A stretch of DNA of 31,368 bases from Cirrosporium novae-zelandiae (lineage: Eukaryota): assembly GCA_026023565.1 (NCBI GenBank), contig JAPETS010000067.1:62001-93368 (forward strand), read 5' to 3'. Positions 1 to 11,784 of the stretch are shown here, in pieces (position 1 is the first letter of the stretch; every line of letters begins with the position of its first letter). Position numbers and translations under genes: made by a program. Under the pieces are notes generated by a model. That model was not told the origin of the DNA. It was given only the letters and a program-made list of their open reading frames with translations, and made no database searches.

Positions 1-666
1 AACCAACTCAATTTTGTTCTTGCCCCATCACCCAATTTTCCGGCCCAGAAATTTACGAGTTAAGCAACGAGGCTGGCGGCGCTATCACGAACCATGACTA
101 GGAAAAGCTCATTGTCGGAACAATAATGGATTCGTGATATAGGCAATAAGCTAAGCTTAATATTTGCAGTAAGTAGAATAGCAGGAGAGTAGGAGTAATT
201 AGCCATATTGTTTTGGTGATATTCACAGTTGGAAAAAAGTCTAATGATGCTAATACTAATACTGTAATTTTACAAAGTCGGTCCACGGTGTTGCTGGTTG
301 CTATTTGGTGCTACTGCTGCTGCAAGTTGCAACCATGCAGGAGCTCGGTCCCCGTCCGTCTTGGCCCTCTGGGAAGTTCCTCGTTGACAATTGATATCAA
401 TTTCTAGCGAAGACCGGTAGTTGACAATATTGGATGATTTTGCCAGTCAAGGAAACGGGCGCAAGCAGGAAAGGTTAACATGTTTCCCGGCTGGATCAAC
501 CGGTCATAGCCGATTACCAAAATCAGCACACAGCTGTTGTACCCCCGGACCCTTCTCCTATTTTTCTCATGATTTATTGGTTGTAGGAACAAGGTGTGGA
601 CTTTCTCCAGCCAGCCTCAAAAGATTATGAATCGAACGTAATGTGGACAAAGCTGAAGAAAGGCAT

Positions 667-709
667 ATATAGATATAGAGATATATATATATATATGTAA
701 ATATATATA
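667..709. repeat. (TA)n/(GA) interrupted dinucleotide microsatellite
   Basis: Read directly: atatagatatagagatatatatatatatatgtaaatatatata. Confidence 0.75.
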
Positions 710-793
710 GACAATTGATAAGAGATGTAGCTATTGGTTGTAGATTGTAGGGGGTTGTGTTTTCAACAAAAAGGTTAGTTTTGGTGTTTTGGT

Positions 794-830
794 GTTTTTC
801 TTTGTTTTTCTTTGTTTTTCTTTGTTTTTT
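794..830. repeat. 10-bp tandem repeat (GTTTTTCTTT) x about 3.5
   Basis: gtttttcttt repeated in tandem inside a T-rich tract. Confidence 0.7.
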
Positions 831-1064
831 TATTTTGTTTTTTAATTATTAATTATATTGTTTGGATGGGAAATTAGAGATAGATTTTTCACGAAAGAGG
901 AAGCGGCTAGGGCTTGATGGAGGAGGGGAGGGGAGGAGAGGGAAGTTCGCTCTCGGGGAGGGGGGGTGGGTAGGTGACTTAGAGGGGATAAACTTGGGCA
1001 CTTGGAGATCAAGGGGAGGTCAATAATGGGCTTAGTTTGGTGCCGGGACCGAAAGCAGCCACGT

Positions 1065-1441
1065 TCGCAATATCGCAATAATTTTGGGAAATCAGATACA
1101 GGCGATTGGCTCTGGGGCGACGTGGATGGTAGGGTTTATTTTTTGGTAGTCGTCGTAGTTTATTGTAGTTTGCATCTTGATTGGTCGCGACTCGGAAAGT
1201 ATGCCCGTGATTCTTTCCAAGTCCTATCAGATGTCGGTCACGCCCATGGCTTCCTCTTTTCCTGAGAAAGACGGCCATACGGGCCCATAACGACCCATAC
1301 GCTTCTCTGTCACGCAAAGGAAAAAAAAAGATGGAAAAAGGTCCAAAAGTCATCCCAATTCATGGTCTTTGGCTTTGGCCAATGCAGCCATCCGGTCCAT
1401 CCTGGAATATCACTGACGCATTGCGAACAAGCCTATTGCGA
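1065..1441. promoter_or_regulatory. Probable promoter region with CCAAT boxes and paired TCGCAAT motifs
   Basis: ATTGG at 1105-1109 and 1180-1184, CCAAT at 1379-1383. TCGCAAT at 1065 and 1073, and its reverse complement ATTGCGA at 1420 and 1435. Lies upstream of the + strand TF gene. Confidence 0.35.
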
Positions 1442-2179
1442 TCTCCCTTCAAGGCTCCCTAAGGCTAATATCCTACCTGCCTAAACCTGCCCTTCAATAT
1501 CTTGCCTACCTCGAAACAAACTTGCTGCATAGAGCCTCGAAAGCCTATCTGGTCTCCCACCATCTGGACAAGCCCGGCCTGGACACATATCCTGTCCTAA
1601 CATCGCTACCTACCCTCTCTTAAGACCCATCCTTGACGCGTCCCTAACAAACTGATCTGAAATCCACCGAACTCAGCCAAAGACACAGACACCTGTATGT
1701 GTGTTTGCATTTGGGATGCGACAACTTCACGTGCTGGATCCTCTCTCCTGTTCGGTGGCAGTTGTAGTCTACGCCTCCCAACAAGGTAAAGGTACATACC
1801 ATCTGGCGTACAGGTTCATAGTCGCAGCCCGAGTGCAGTCAAGGTGCTAATAGCTTCGGTGAGATCTTGCCTTGCTTAATTGTTTCTTCATGAACCTCGT
1901 TGTTCTGGAGACACACTGTGGCGTTTGCTGATACTGCTTCCTCGTCCGTCGTTCTCAAGAGTCAATGAAGGCTTCAATAATTCCAAGAGTTATTGTATCG
2001 ATTAATGTCCCATTATCCCAGAATGCGAATGCGACGACTGCTAGACTGCGTGTGCCCAAAGCTGACCACAAATGCACATGATCTTTCTGTCTAGACCTGA
2101 ACCTCCCCAGCGAGAACGATCACCCAACGATCGTCCGGTCCGCTGTCCCAGATAGATCTTACTCGTCAACACCAACCAG

Positions 2180-4088
2180 ATGCGATATCTAGACAATCCA
2201 GTGTGGTTCTCTCCTCTATCATTTGCGAAAAACAGATTCCAGTGTGATTCTGCTCGAGTTTCCTTGGACCTCTGCTTGGGGGAACCATTGCTTTCTCCCC
2301 TGCCCTACGGGGCTCCACAACCTTCCCCTCCTATGTCGAGCTCTCCGCCTCCGAAACAACCTGAACAGGCATCCAGGCTGGGGCAATCTGGTGGGCAGTC
2401 CCCCTCACGGACGATTATCGACGTTACCACCGGTTCGGAAGATATTCGACCTTCATTTGTTATAGCTGCTCCGATTCACCAACAACGTGAAGAGTCAGGA
2501 TATCAGACACCCAGGAGTGCATCCTTTCCTACCCTTGGAGAATTTCTTCCTACTATTACGGCCCCAGAAAGGGGTCTCTTGCCTGTATCAGAGAATTATC
2601 CAACATCTCGACCCATCGCACCTCAAGCATCGATTCCCGCATCATTGCATGCGCCTCCTCCCAGAACCCCACGCAGGGCGAAGGCTCACGTGGCTTCAGC
2701 ATGCGTCAATTGCAAGAGAAAGCATCTTCGATGCGAGGAAAGGCGTCCATGTACTCGCTGTGTACAAGTTGGAAAAGAGGTAGAAATTCCTGAAAACTCA
2801 AGTGTTGAGCCAATTTAATCTCGATTTCTAGGATTCTTGTATGGATGTACAGCATAAGAAAAGAGGACGGCCTCGACTTCGAGAGCAACAGCAGACGCAG
2901 CAGCGGGCAGAGGGTCGATTCCCAGTATATAGGCAGACGACAACATTATCAGGTGCTTTTGAATATCCTCCTCAATTTACTACTCCTTCCCTGCATTCCA
3001 GGAGGCCTTCTGGCACACTTCGAGAACTGAGATCTTCACGAGAAATAATACCTCAGAGTCCTGGTAGTTCCGAGGAGGGTTTTAGAGGTAGCCTTCCTGC
3101 AAGTGCGAATATCAGCCCATATCCAGCCTCAATAGTCAGCCACCCACCTCATCATCATCCTGTAGGACCCACGGGTGCAATTGCCTTGTTAAGCACTGGG
3201 TTGACAATTGTCAGAGCCAATCAAGCATTTCTTGATAGAACAGGGCGGAGCCCCGATATGCTAGGTCGAGACTTGTTCACTATTGTTGCAATACCAGATC
3301 ATTTTAAACTTCTGGAGCTCCGGAACTGGCTTCAGAATGAACGAAATGCATGGGATAGTGTATACCCATATTCACCAGGCGATACAAACGCGGCCGATGT
3401 GCGAGCGATTAGAGGTTTTCATGAACTCGTTGTCGAGCAGGCGCCAACGAGGGGGCAAGAATGGATAGATGCTTTGAATATTTTGGGACTGACCAGACCA
3501 ATACAGGTGTCAATTCGACTTGTAGACGTTATGAATACCCCAGTTGTTGTGTTGGTTCTGACCCCGGACGGTTTTCCTGGAAGGCCTCATCAGCCTTTTG
3601 CCCCACCACCGGTGGTTCCTAGCCAACAGCTCCCGCCAGTAACTTCAGCACCTTTATACGCTGGTCAGTATATTAGACCACCGGGTATTCAAAGCGAGCC
3701 GCAGCATCCAAGTACGCCGGTGTATTCTCCTCGCATGCTGCAACCAGTGTCATCGGCAGCCGTCCTGGAGAGAACACCACGACGAACACATCACCAACCA
3801 ACATTTTCATCCCCTTCATATCCCCGACCGACATTAATGTCTCCTCCAGTGTATCCCCCTAGGGTCCAGCCTCCAGGGACTCCACCGGGCCCTCCTAGAA
3901 GGCAAAGCGAGGGATTTTCATCAAGTTTGCAGTTGCCGCCAATCCGAGCTCCAGAGGGGGCGACAGCGCCGCAAGAATCTCCGACTGCCCGAAGACAGCG
4001 GGGAGAAGAGTCTGAAGGAGAAAGAGAGGAGCAACAAAGTGAACGTAGAAAGAAACGGGTTCGCATCGGCATTGGGGAAATCTCATAA
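2180..4088 (+). CDS. Zn(II)2Cys6 transcription factor with KKRGRPR (AT-hook-like) motif and PAS-like region; exons 2180(or 2333)-2779 and 2832-4088
   Basis: Exon 1 ends ACVNCKRKHLRCEERRPCTRCVQVGKE. Removing the phase-0 intron 2780-2831 (GTAGAA...TTTAAT...CTAG, 52 nt) adds DSCMDVQHKKRGRPRLR, which supplies the sixth Cys of the binuclear cluster. PAS-like segment IALLSTGLTIVRANQAFLDRTGRSPDMLGRDLFTIV follows. Pro/Ser-rich tail with LQLPPIR and a basic end. Start codon is uncertain (ATG 2180 or 2333). Confidence 0.88.
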
Positions 4089-5483
4089 CATCTTTTTTTT
4101 TGCTTTCTAGCTCACGGAGTTCCTTGTGCTCATGCGGTTCGGTTCTCATCACAACGGTTTTGCATATGATACCTCGGGGAATCTGCACTGGGGCAGAGTC
4201 AATTCGCATTCATTTTCATCAGAATTTCTTTGTTTCGATTCCTACCAAGAACATGTTTCGGGAAATGATTAGGAAAGAAAAGGGGGTAGGTGGGATTGGA
4301 GTTCAATTTTTATTTCAGCGGTAGTAGGGTTAGCTGTACACCTTGATAGACTCTGCTTTCCCGTACATATGGGGTATTTTTTTTTCTTTGGCCATCAATA
4401 AAAGAGGAAGGGATAACAAAAGTCTTATTACCTGCAAGTAAAAGGGCGTACCAATTCAACATTAATCAAGATTTTTAATGGATGTTTTTTTTTTCAAGAG
4501 CAAGGGATATATAAAATCGCAAGGTCTTTGGCATCACAATGTTGCATGGATGAATAAGGAGCACAGTCAATCAGGGATATTTTTAGCTCTTCTTTTCGGT
4601 AAACCCAGTGTTGCTTCATATTTTCCTTCGTCGTCTTGTATGGAGCGGGGTGGTTAGATCGGTTTTCAATTAGGATTCAACAAGAGTTTTTTTTTTTTTT
4701 TTTCATGAACACTTTGGACTTCTTTTCGTGTTGATGATGACGGCCAAGACAGTTTGTATGATTGTGCCTTGTAAGGATACCCAAGAGTTTTCTCAAGTCT
4801 TTCAGACCTGGAGATAGCCGATGGAATTCATGGTGGAGGGAAAAGGCCGAATCTGAACACACACGTGGTTCTTCATCGGTCGGCTTGTGTGTAGTGGGGG
4901 ATAAGAGAAGAGAATGACCGGCCAAGATATGGGGAAATAGATGATGGGGAAAAGGGAGGCGACAATATGATTTATATGTAGGAGGTAGAGAGGGCAGATG
5001 GCGGCTGCAGGGATAGAGAGACATATAAACTGTATATGAATATATATAATCCCTACAAACGAAAAGAAAAAAAAAATAGAAAGAAAATAAAAACAAAACA
5101 AAAAAAAAAACGTTAAATTTTCTGGTAAAAATGATCTCCAGGAAGTTGTCCCTTCAAGTTAGCCATGTATGTGTATAGCAAGTAGATTTCCAGTACGAAT
5201 GAACGAAATAGAAACCTGGTTTGGGGTCTAATGGACGGTAGGAATGAAGTTGGAATAGAATTTGAAACCTTTCCTGAAAGAAATAAAGATCAGATATATA
5301 TATGCAAAGCAAAGCTCAACAACTAATGGTCAGGCAGACAGTGAGAAGAAAAAGAAAGAGAAAGAAAAATAAAAAGGTCAGGAGAATACTCAACTCACTC
5401 ATCATACATTCAACCCCTCCTCTTTCCCTTCCCTTGACTTCCTCTCTAACTAACTTAACTTACTTCCCCTTACTCAAGAAGTA

Positions 5484-5970
5484 GTATATGTATGTATGAT
5501 GTATGTATGTTATGTCGGAAAATTTTCATAACTTAAATAAAAAGTTTCCCAAAAAAAAAAAAAGAAAAACAGGAACAAGAATAAATTATGCAAGGTACCA
5601 AAGATTAAAATTTCAAGCCATCAAATCCTTTTGTTTCTCCTTTAAACTTTTTGTGGATCCGAACAATGTAGGGAGGGGGGTATGTAGGTATGTAGTGTAT
5701 GGTAGTTTTTGACTTTTGGTAAATAGGATGGATTGTGGATTGGGTGGATGTGGTTGTAGATGTGGATGTGTGGATTGGGTGGTAGTGGTGGTGGTGGTGG
5801 ATTGGATGGATGGATTGAATGGGTGGGTTTCCTGTATGTATGTGCGCATGTTGTGTGTGGGTTGGCCTGTGTGCGCTTTGCTTGCTGGTGCGTTATTATG
5901 TACACGTAGGTATTTGCATTGCACAATGTATGTAAAAAAGAAAATATGTAGCAAGTGTATGTATGTTATG
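5484..5970. repeat. Low-complexity tract with (GTAT)n, (GGT)n, (GGAT)n, (GT)n microsatellites and poly-A runs
   Basis: Examples: gtatatgtatgtatgatgtatgtatgt (5484-5510) and ggtggtagtggtggtggtggtggattggatggatggattg (about 5778-5817). Confidence 0.7.
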
Positions 5971-8871
5971 TAACTATTAAGTTACTGTGTGTAGTAGTTT
6001 ACTTACTTTCACTCCAAGAAATAAAGATAAAGTTGAAGGGAAGTAAGTGTGTAGGTTGTGTAGGAAATGTGACTTATTTATGTATCAATCAATGTATGAT
6101 GTATGGAACGGGAAGTCAAACAACCAAAAAAAAAGCCAATACCAAATGAAAACAAGTTCAACTTTTTTTCATACTTCTGAGCGCATACAACTCCATTAAT
6201 TAAGTCACATATTTTTTTCCCCAATCCTTTCCTTTCCTTTTCTATTTACCTCTCCCCCTCCCTCCCTCTTTCTTCCCCTTTTTTGGTGTGTGTGTGATTT
6301 ATTTATCTAAAACCTGTTAAGCCGGATCAAAGAAAACACACCAAGGCTTCCTCCGCTCTCTCCATGTGAAAGAAAGAAAAAAATGGATAGAAAAGAGGGG
6401 GGAGCAAAAAAAAAGAAGAGAACAATCAATTAATTCGAAACGAAACATATGCAATCCGCACACGCACACGCAACGCAATGCAAGCAGCAGAAGCAGCGCA
6501 CGCGCACATACGTAGTTTTTTTTTAGGTATGACGAAAAACGGGTAGCAGCAACGGCTTAACTTAGCTAGACCTTCGGAATACCTCGGTGGTTGATTGGTT
6601 GGTGGTGGAAAGGAAATGTTATGCTTTTTTATCTTTTTATCTTCTTTTCTTTTTAGTTTTTTGTTTTTTCTCTTTTTTTTTCGTGGAACGGATAGACGGA
6701 TTGGTTCAATCTAGGTGGTTATTTTTTTTGTGATGGTGGTGGTATGTATTGTATTGTATCAAGCCATCTTACCGGCTATGGGGATAACAGTAGAAATAGG
6801 TCAACAGTTTAACTTAGTTGACTGGATGGGCGTTTTCCTTAGACTACTATTGACTTTGATCTTTTGTCTGATCGCTTGTTTGGCTGTTTGTTTGGTTGGA
6901 TTCATGATACACTAATAAATAGGTTGAGGGGAAGAAAGGAAAAGAGAAGTGGTGGGGGGTTGGATTGATAGTGGGTTTACTTAGTTAGCCGCAAAAGCTA
7001 CAAGTTGTTTATGACAGTACAGTACAATACACATATAGTACAAATCGGAAAATTATTTTGGCTCTTCTTTTTCAGTGATATAGTCCAGGGGAAAGAGGTG
7101 ATGCAATGAAGTTAAGAGACATGTACAGTACACAATACTGTTAGTTACAAGGACTTAAGTGACTGGCATTACAAGGCACTAAGAAAACAACTACCTACTA
7201 CCATAACAGGAAGAAGTTTCACCATCTAAGCGATTTGATTAAGTGATAATAGCCCTCTATATCCATCTATCTATAGTAGAAAAGCAATTGATGATAGATA
7301 GCCCATTTTCTGGTCATAATAATTTATGAGCTGGTTGGCCTAAACAATCCAATAAGTTAAAACGAAAAAGATCGTGAGATGTAGAAAAAGTTGACTAAAT
7401 GATACCTATAGTACATGTGTAGTAACTACATAGTTATAGGTAAGTTAATTGTATAGAGCAGAGTTATTTCTTTCGCGGCCTAGTTTATGTGGTTACATCT
7501 TGTAGACAGTAAGTAGTACCCAGAACCATCCTATCCGGATATCATTTCATATACTCTAAACAAGACGTCTACACAGCCCTTGTCCATGGCTTCAGATAGA
7601 TGAAACCAACAACCATCGCTACCACCACCACAACCACAACCACACTAGAACTTACAGTCCATGAAGCTACAAAAAAACCAGAAATAAAATCAAATATCAA
7701 ACCTATATCTCTCTCCATACGTGTAACAAAAAAAAACAAGACCTGCAGTGTCCTCTTTTTCTACAATGACTTGTGTACTAATTAATTAACAAGTGGATTG
7801 GACTGTACATAGTAATTACATGGACATAGAAATATTATTCTGATGAGAAAAGATACACATGTAGTACCCAAGTCAAGCCCCTCCTCATCCCTGGGCGTTT
7901 TTTTGTGTTACCATGCACACCATGCTTGCCTCCCCTTGCAGGGAGGGAAACACTCGGACCATTTGGCGCACATAACCTAATTACTCGTGCTACCGGTAAC
8001 TGCAGAAGACTTTCAGGGCCCTTGATACGAGGACCGCCCTCCCCCCCCTTACTCTACCTGAACCTTGGGTGGAATGATCTCATGGGAAAAGTTAATATGT
8101 GTATGTGTGTGTGGTGAAATAGGGTTCCTGCCTCTAGAGTACTTGGTAGAAGTGCATGCATGATACTTACTAGCTAGCGTCCCACCTTTGGAATTATACT
8201 CTCGAATATCCGGAGAGTAAAATTGCCATTATGATTTGCACTGTAAATGTCGCTTGGAGTGTAGAAGTAGGTTGCCACGTAGTAGCCATAATTATGAGGA
8301 CAGTGCCTCTTACACAGTAGGGTGCCGAGGGGTTATCCTTTTTGTTACTAACTAGTTCTTGTTCCTAAAGACCGTGGCATATTTCAATATACAGGTTTGG
8401 AGAGGCATCAACATAGGGACATGATACATCTTTCTCACCAGTTTCATCAAAACCCTTTCATTTTAAGATATTAGTTAATACCTAGCACTAGTAGCCTAGC
8501 AAAATACTTTTCTACAAATTATATTTATATGTAAAATAGAATAGGCCTTGTTAGGGAATTTTTAAAAATGTTATTCATAGCAAGGAATGGCAGAGCGTAG
8601 CAAGGTTTGGAAAGACGGCGTATCAAATTGGCTTTCATGAGAAAGCTTGTATTGTGTACTGTGTACATAAATGCAGACTGATTAAGTTAATATTCCTCGT
8701 GCAATCAAATATATCCAAGATATAGTCTCCCAGTAAGCTTTTATATTGGACATTACAAGATCCTTTCCCCTCATCATCATCATACGCGGGAGCACTCACA
8801 CGAGGCTTTCTATAAAGATGTACGTAAATGCTACTTCTCGAGCATCATTTATTAGGTTACACATCAATTCA

Positions 8872-11301
8872 TTAAAGAGGTCCGACCCCCTGCTGAGGCC
8901 CGATTGCAAATAGTGGACCGTCACTTGGATATGGGAAATCTGCAAAAGGTTAGTTAGTCATTGAAAAAGCAGGCGTGGGGTGAACCTTACCCTGCATGAT
9001 AGACTCAAAGTATGACAATGGTGATACACCAACAGGAAAGTCCAATGTGTTTTGTCCTATTGTCACATCCATTGATGGTGGAAATCTAGTATAAAATCAG
9101 CATGCACATTCTAGACAGCCTGACATTCCACGGTGAGATCTACCCTGGCATGAATTCCCCGAGAGAAGTATTAGAATCTCTAGTATGCAAGTCCCCTCGG
9201 ACAGTCTCGTCCTCGAGGACGGCGTTGCTGCTTTGAGAAGCTGCATTTTGTTGCGACGGCTGATTGTTGGACATCACAGTCGGACTCACCTGCTCATCGT
9301 GAATAACGCTCCTTAAAGCTAATAAAGCTCGGATGTGAGCTTTTGATAACCATGCACAATTTGGATCTCCTAGGATTTCTGTTTCTGTCGCCTCGCCCTC
9401 TTGTGATGAAAAGACTTTGAATATTCCCCTCTGCAAATCTCGTGATTCAGGACAATCTCTGGTCTCGCGCCAAAGCCCCAAGAGAAGTGCAGAACTCAAT
9501 CCGCTGTGAATCATCGACCAAGTCCGCAATGGAACAATGCTAAGGGATTGAAACACAAGAAATGCCTGAGCAGTATTAACTAAGCTTATCTTTGCTCTTT
9601 CCACAAGTAAGGTATATTTGGATTGTTCCTGTGATGATGGGACATGTCTGATAGCAGGTCGACATATCACAGATGCTAAAAACGATGTATGTAATCGGAA
9701 TGCAAAGTATTCGAAGTGCTGCTGAAAGGTTTTGCAGTTATCTTTTGACTGTAAATGTGGTTTAACATGAAGGCGAAGGTCATCTATTTCGAGCAGGGCT
9801 TGCAGCGATTGATTAACATCAAATTGCGGCGAATCGCGAGTAACGACCGTGCCGAGACCTATGTCGCAAATATGGTACATAGCATCTGTGTAGGATAATT
9901 CGCTAGGATCCATTGTAGGAATTGGATTATCCCGTCTATGCATTGCAACTGCTGGTGGCCTATCAAAACAGAGGCAGAGGAGGCTATCCTGCCAAACCAC
10001 ATTGAACCTGCCTTCCTTGTCAGAATATTTTATCTATTACATCCGATGAATTACTAACCAAAGTTTTCTGCTCTTGATCCTCAAATTTTCTGGTAGATTC
10101 CGGATACCTCTCTCGGTATGTATTCCCAAAGTTTGTGCAAGTCTCACGGTTGATCCCAACAGTGTCCAAGCTGCATCGGACTGGCCATTATTCTGCAAAA
10201 CATTTCCAAGCACTAGGAGGGCTTGTACAGAATCAAGTGATGGACGGCATAAAAAATTTGCAAGTCGAAGACAATGGAAAGATCTTCGGGCTAGTGATCA
10301 TCTTAGAATGAGATTTATATAGCATAGATCTAGTATCATTAGGGCCTACCAAAATCCTGTGATGAGCTCATCCTATCATGGTGATTCATATCGGAGAATT
10401 GAGCACCTGATGCTAGCGTGGCTAGGAGAAGACCAATCTGAGCGATAGGCCGTTCCGCCGCATGCTCGCCAAACTTGTTTGTCGCAAGATCTTCTAGGTA
10501 AATACAGAGGTCCGACTCAAATCCGTCGATATCGACAAGTATTGGGTTGAATGGGAATGCAAGGTTGCGATAGAATTGAAAGAGTCTATACCATTAAAAG
10601 TGTTTCAGATTAATGTGTCAACAATATATAACATACCTCAAGACTTCCTTCTGGTCAGGCAAAAGCCTCGACAAAGTCTGCCGTTGCTCTTCTGGAGACT
10701 CGGTTTCCATGAAAGGATACCGCTCATATGTATTGCGAAGGCCTAGAACAGGTTCGATCTCTTGTGCTAGTGGATGGTTTGCATCCCGTGCTTGGAATCG
10801 TACGAACGATGCTGTAGAATTAGCCCCTGTATAGGAGTAGTCATTGCAACCTCCTTGCAAAGACTGTCGAGTTGCTCTAGCATCATCTCTATTTTGCGTA
10901 GGGATAACTTCTGGATTGTTGCTATACATATTATTTGGGGATGGCCGAGAAGACACATTGAGAAATGAATTAGATACTTTAGGAGACCCGGAAAATTGAG
11001 CATTGTTGTCATGGTAGCTCGCATTCTGTGAACTCGTTTCAGGTCCATTACCTGGCTTAAATCCTCTAGTTAGGCCTGCTCGCCCTGCATCCTCAATATT
11101 CTTTCTGGCAGGATTATAGGAGCAGATCTCTGGGTGTCCTCGTTTTGAGCAAGTCAAGCATGGTTGATGATTGTCACATTTAACTTTTCGTTGGCGGCAT
11201 GGGTAACATGAAGTGGGTTGTCGATGTTTCTTCCTGAGACGCAGAATTCGGTTGACTTCTTCTTGGGTAGTAACAATTCTATCAGACGGTGGGCTATCCA
11301 T
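8872..11301 (-). CDS. Zn(II)2Cys6 / fungal-specific TF domain regulator, SdrA-like by position; 6 exons, 719 aa
   Basis: CYPCRQRKVKCDNHQPCLTCSKRGHPEIC cluster. Exons 11301-10637, 10585-10350, 10290-10059, 10007-9144, 9085-8991, 8939-8872 total 2160 nt and read through five GT-AG introns (51, 59, 51, 58, 51 nt). Middle-homology motif AWTLLGSTVRLAQTLGIH...RKLWFNVVWQDSLL is present. Adjacent to fdc1/pad1, as sdrA is in the Aspergillus niger cluster; orthology not verified. Confidence 0.9.
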
Positions 11302-11784
11302 GTTTGCCGATATAGCTCTAATATATAGGACTAAGTCCGGACAGGGGGTAAGGCGAAAGCTATAGCCATAGTGGTTATATGCAATTCAGTAAAGGCTAGT
11401 TGCACATAGTAGGGAAAAGATAGATATATGAAATAATTCTAAAGAAAAGAAGTTTAAGTAACGATAACATCTTTTATTGAAGGTGTGGTGGTATGTGCAG
11501 AAAGCTTCCATTAAGGTTAAAGCCCGAGACCCACTGAATAAACATACATATACAGAAATTCTGATTCTAAGTTCTGAACGCTGTCTGTATTATATCCTTG
11601 GTAGTTACACTACTGTATGGCAGTTGTCTGTACCAAGTTATTGGGTTTTGGTCACCAACCCGGTAAACTCTATACAAGAACGTCGCTACTTTTTCTACTA
11701 GACTATGCGTTAAATTTGTTACTTTTCTAAGCAAAACGGGGTATAAAACTTCATATTCAATAATACAGTGAGCAAGCCGATAAT

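Noticed and set aside
98..1797. Short ORFs of 60-114 aa on both strands
   Set aside because: No recognisable motifs, many have non-ATG starts, and they lie in promoter or low-complexity DNA.
1786..1853. Possible 5' UTR intron of the first TF (GTAAAG...GCTAATAG)
   Set aside because: The branch-like motif abuts the AG with no spacer; cannot be supported without cDNA.
4325..4333. TAGGGTTAG as a possible telomerase RNA template on the minus strand
   Set aside because: A single 9-mer in the TF 3' region. A telomerase RNA would have to run antisense through the TF coding sequence, and no other elements were seen.
4802..4876. C/D snoRNA-like arrangement on the minus strand (ATGAAGA...CAGA...CTGA)
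   Set aside because: The C box is imperfect, there is no clear terminal stem, and I could not match either guide to rRNA or snRNA. A snoscan or Rfam search would settle it.
7403..7442. Imperfect 40-bp inverted repeat (TACCTATA...TGTAGT-A-ACTACA...TATAGGTA)
   Set aside because: Short and AT-rich, single copy in the window; not enough to call a MITE or RNA hairpin.
4677..8117. ORFs of 60-139 aa in the long spacer
   Set aside because: Translations mirror microsatellites and homopolymers (poly-F, K, T, V) and are not protein-like.
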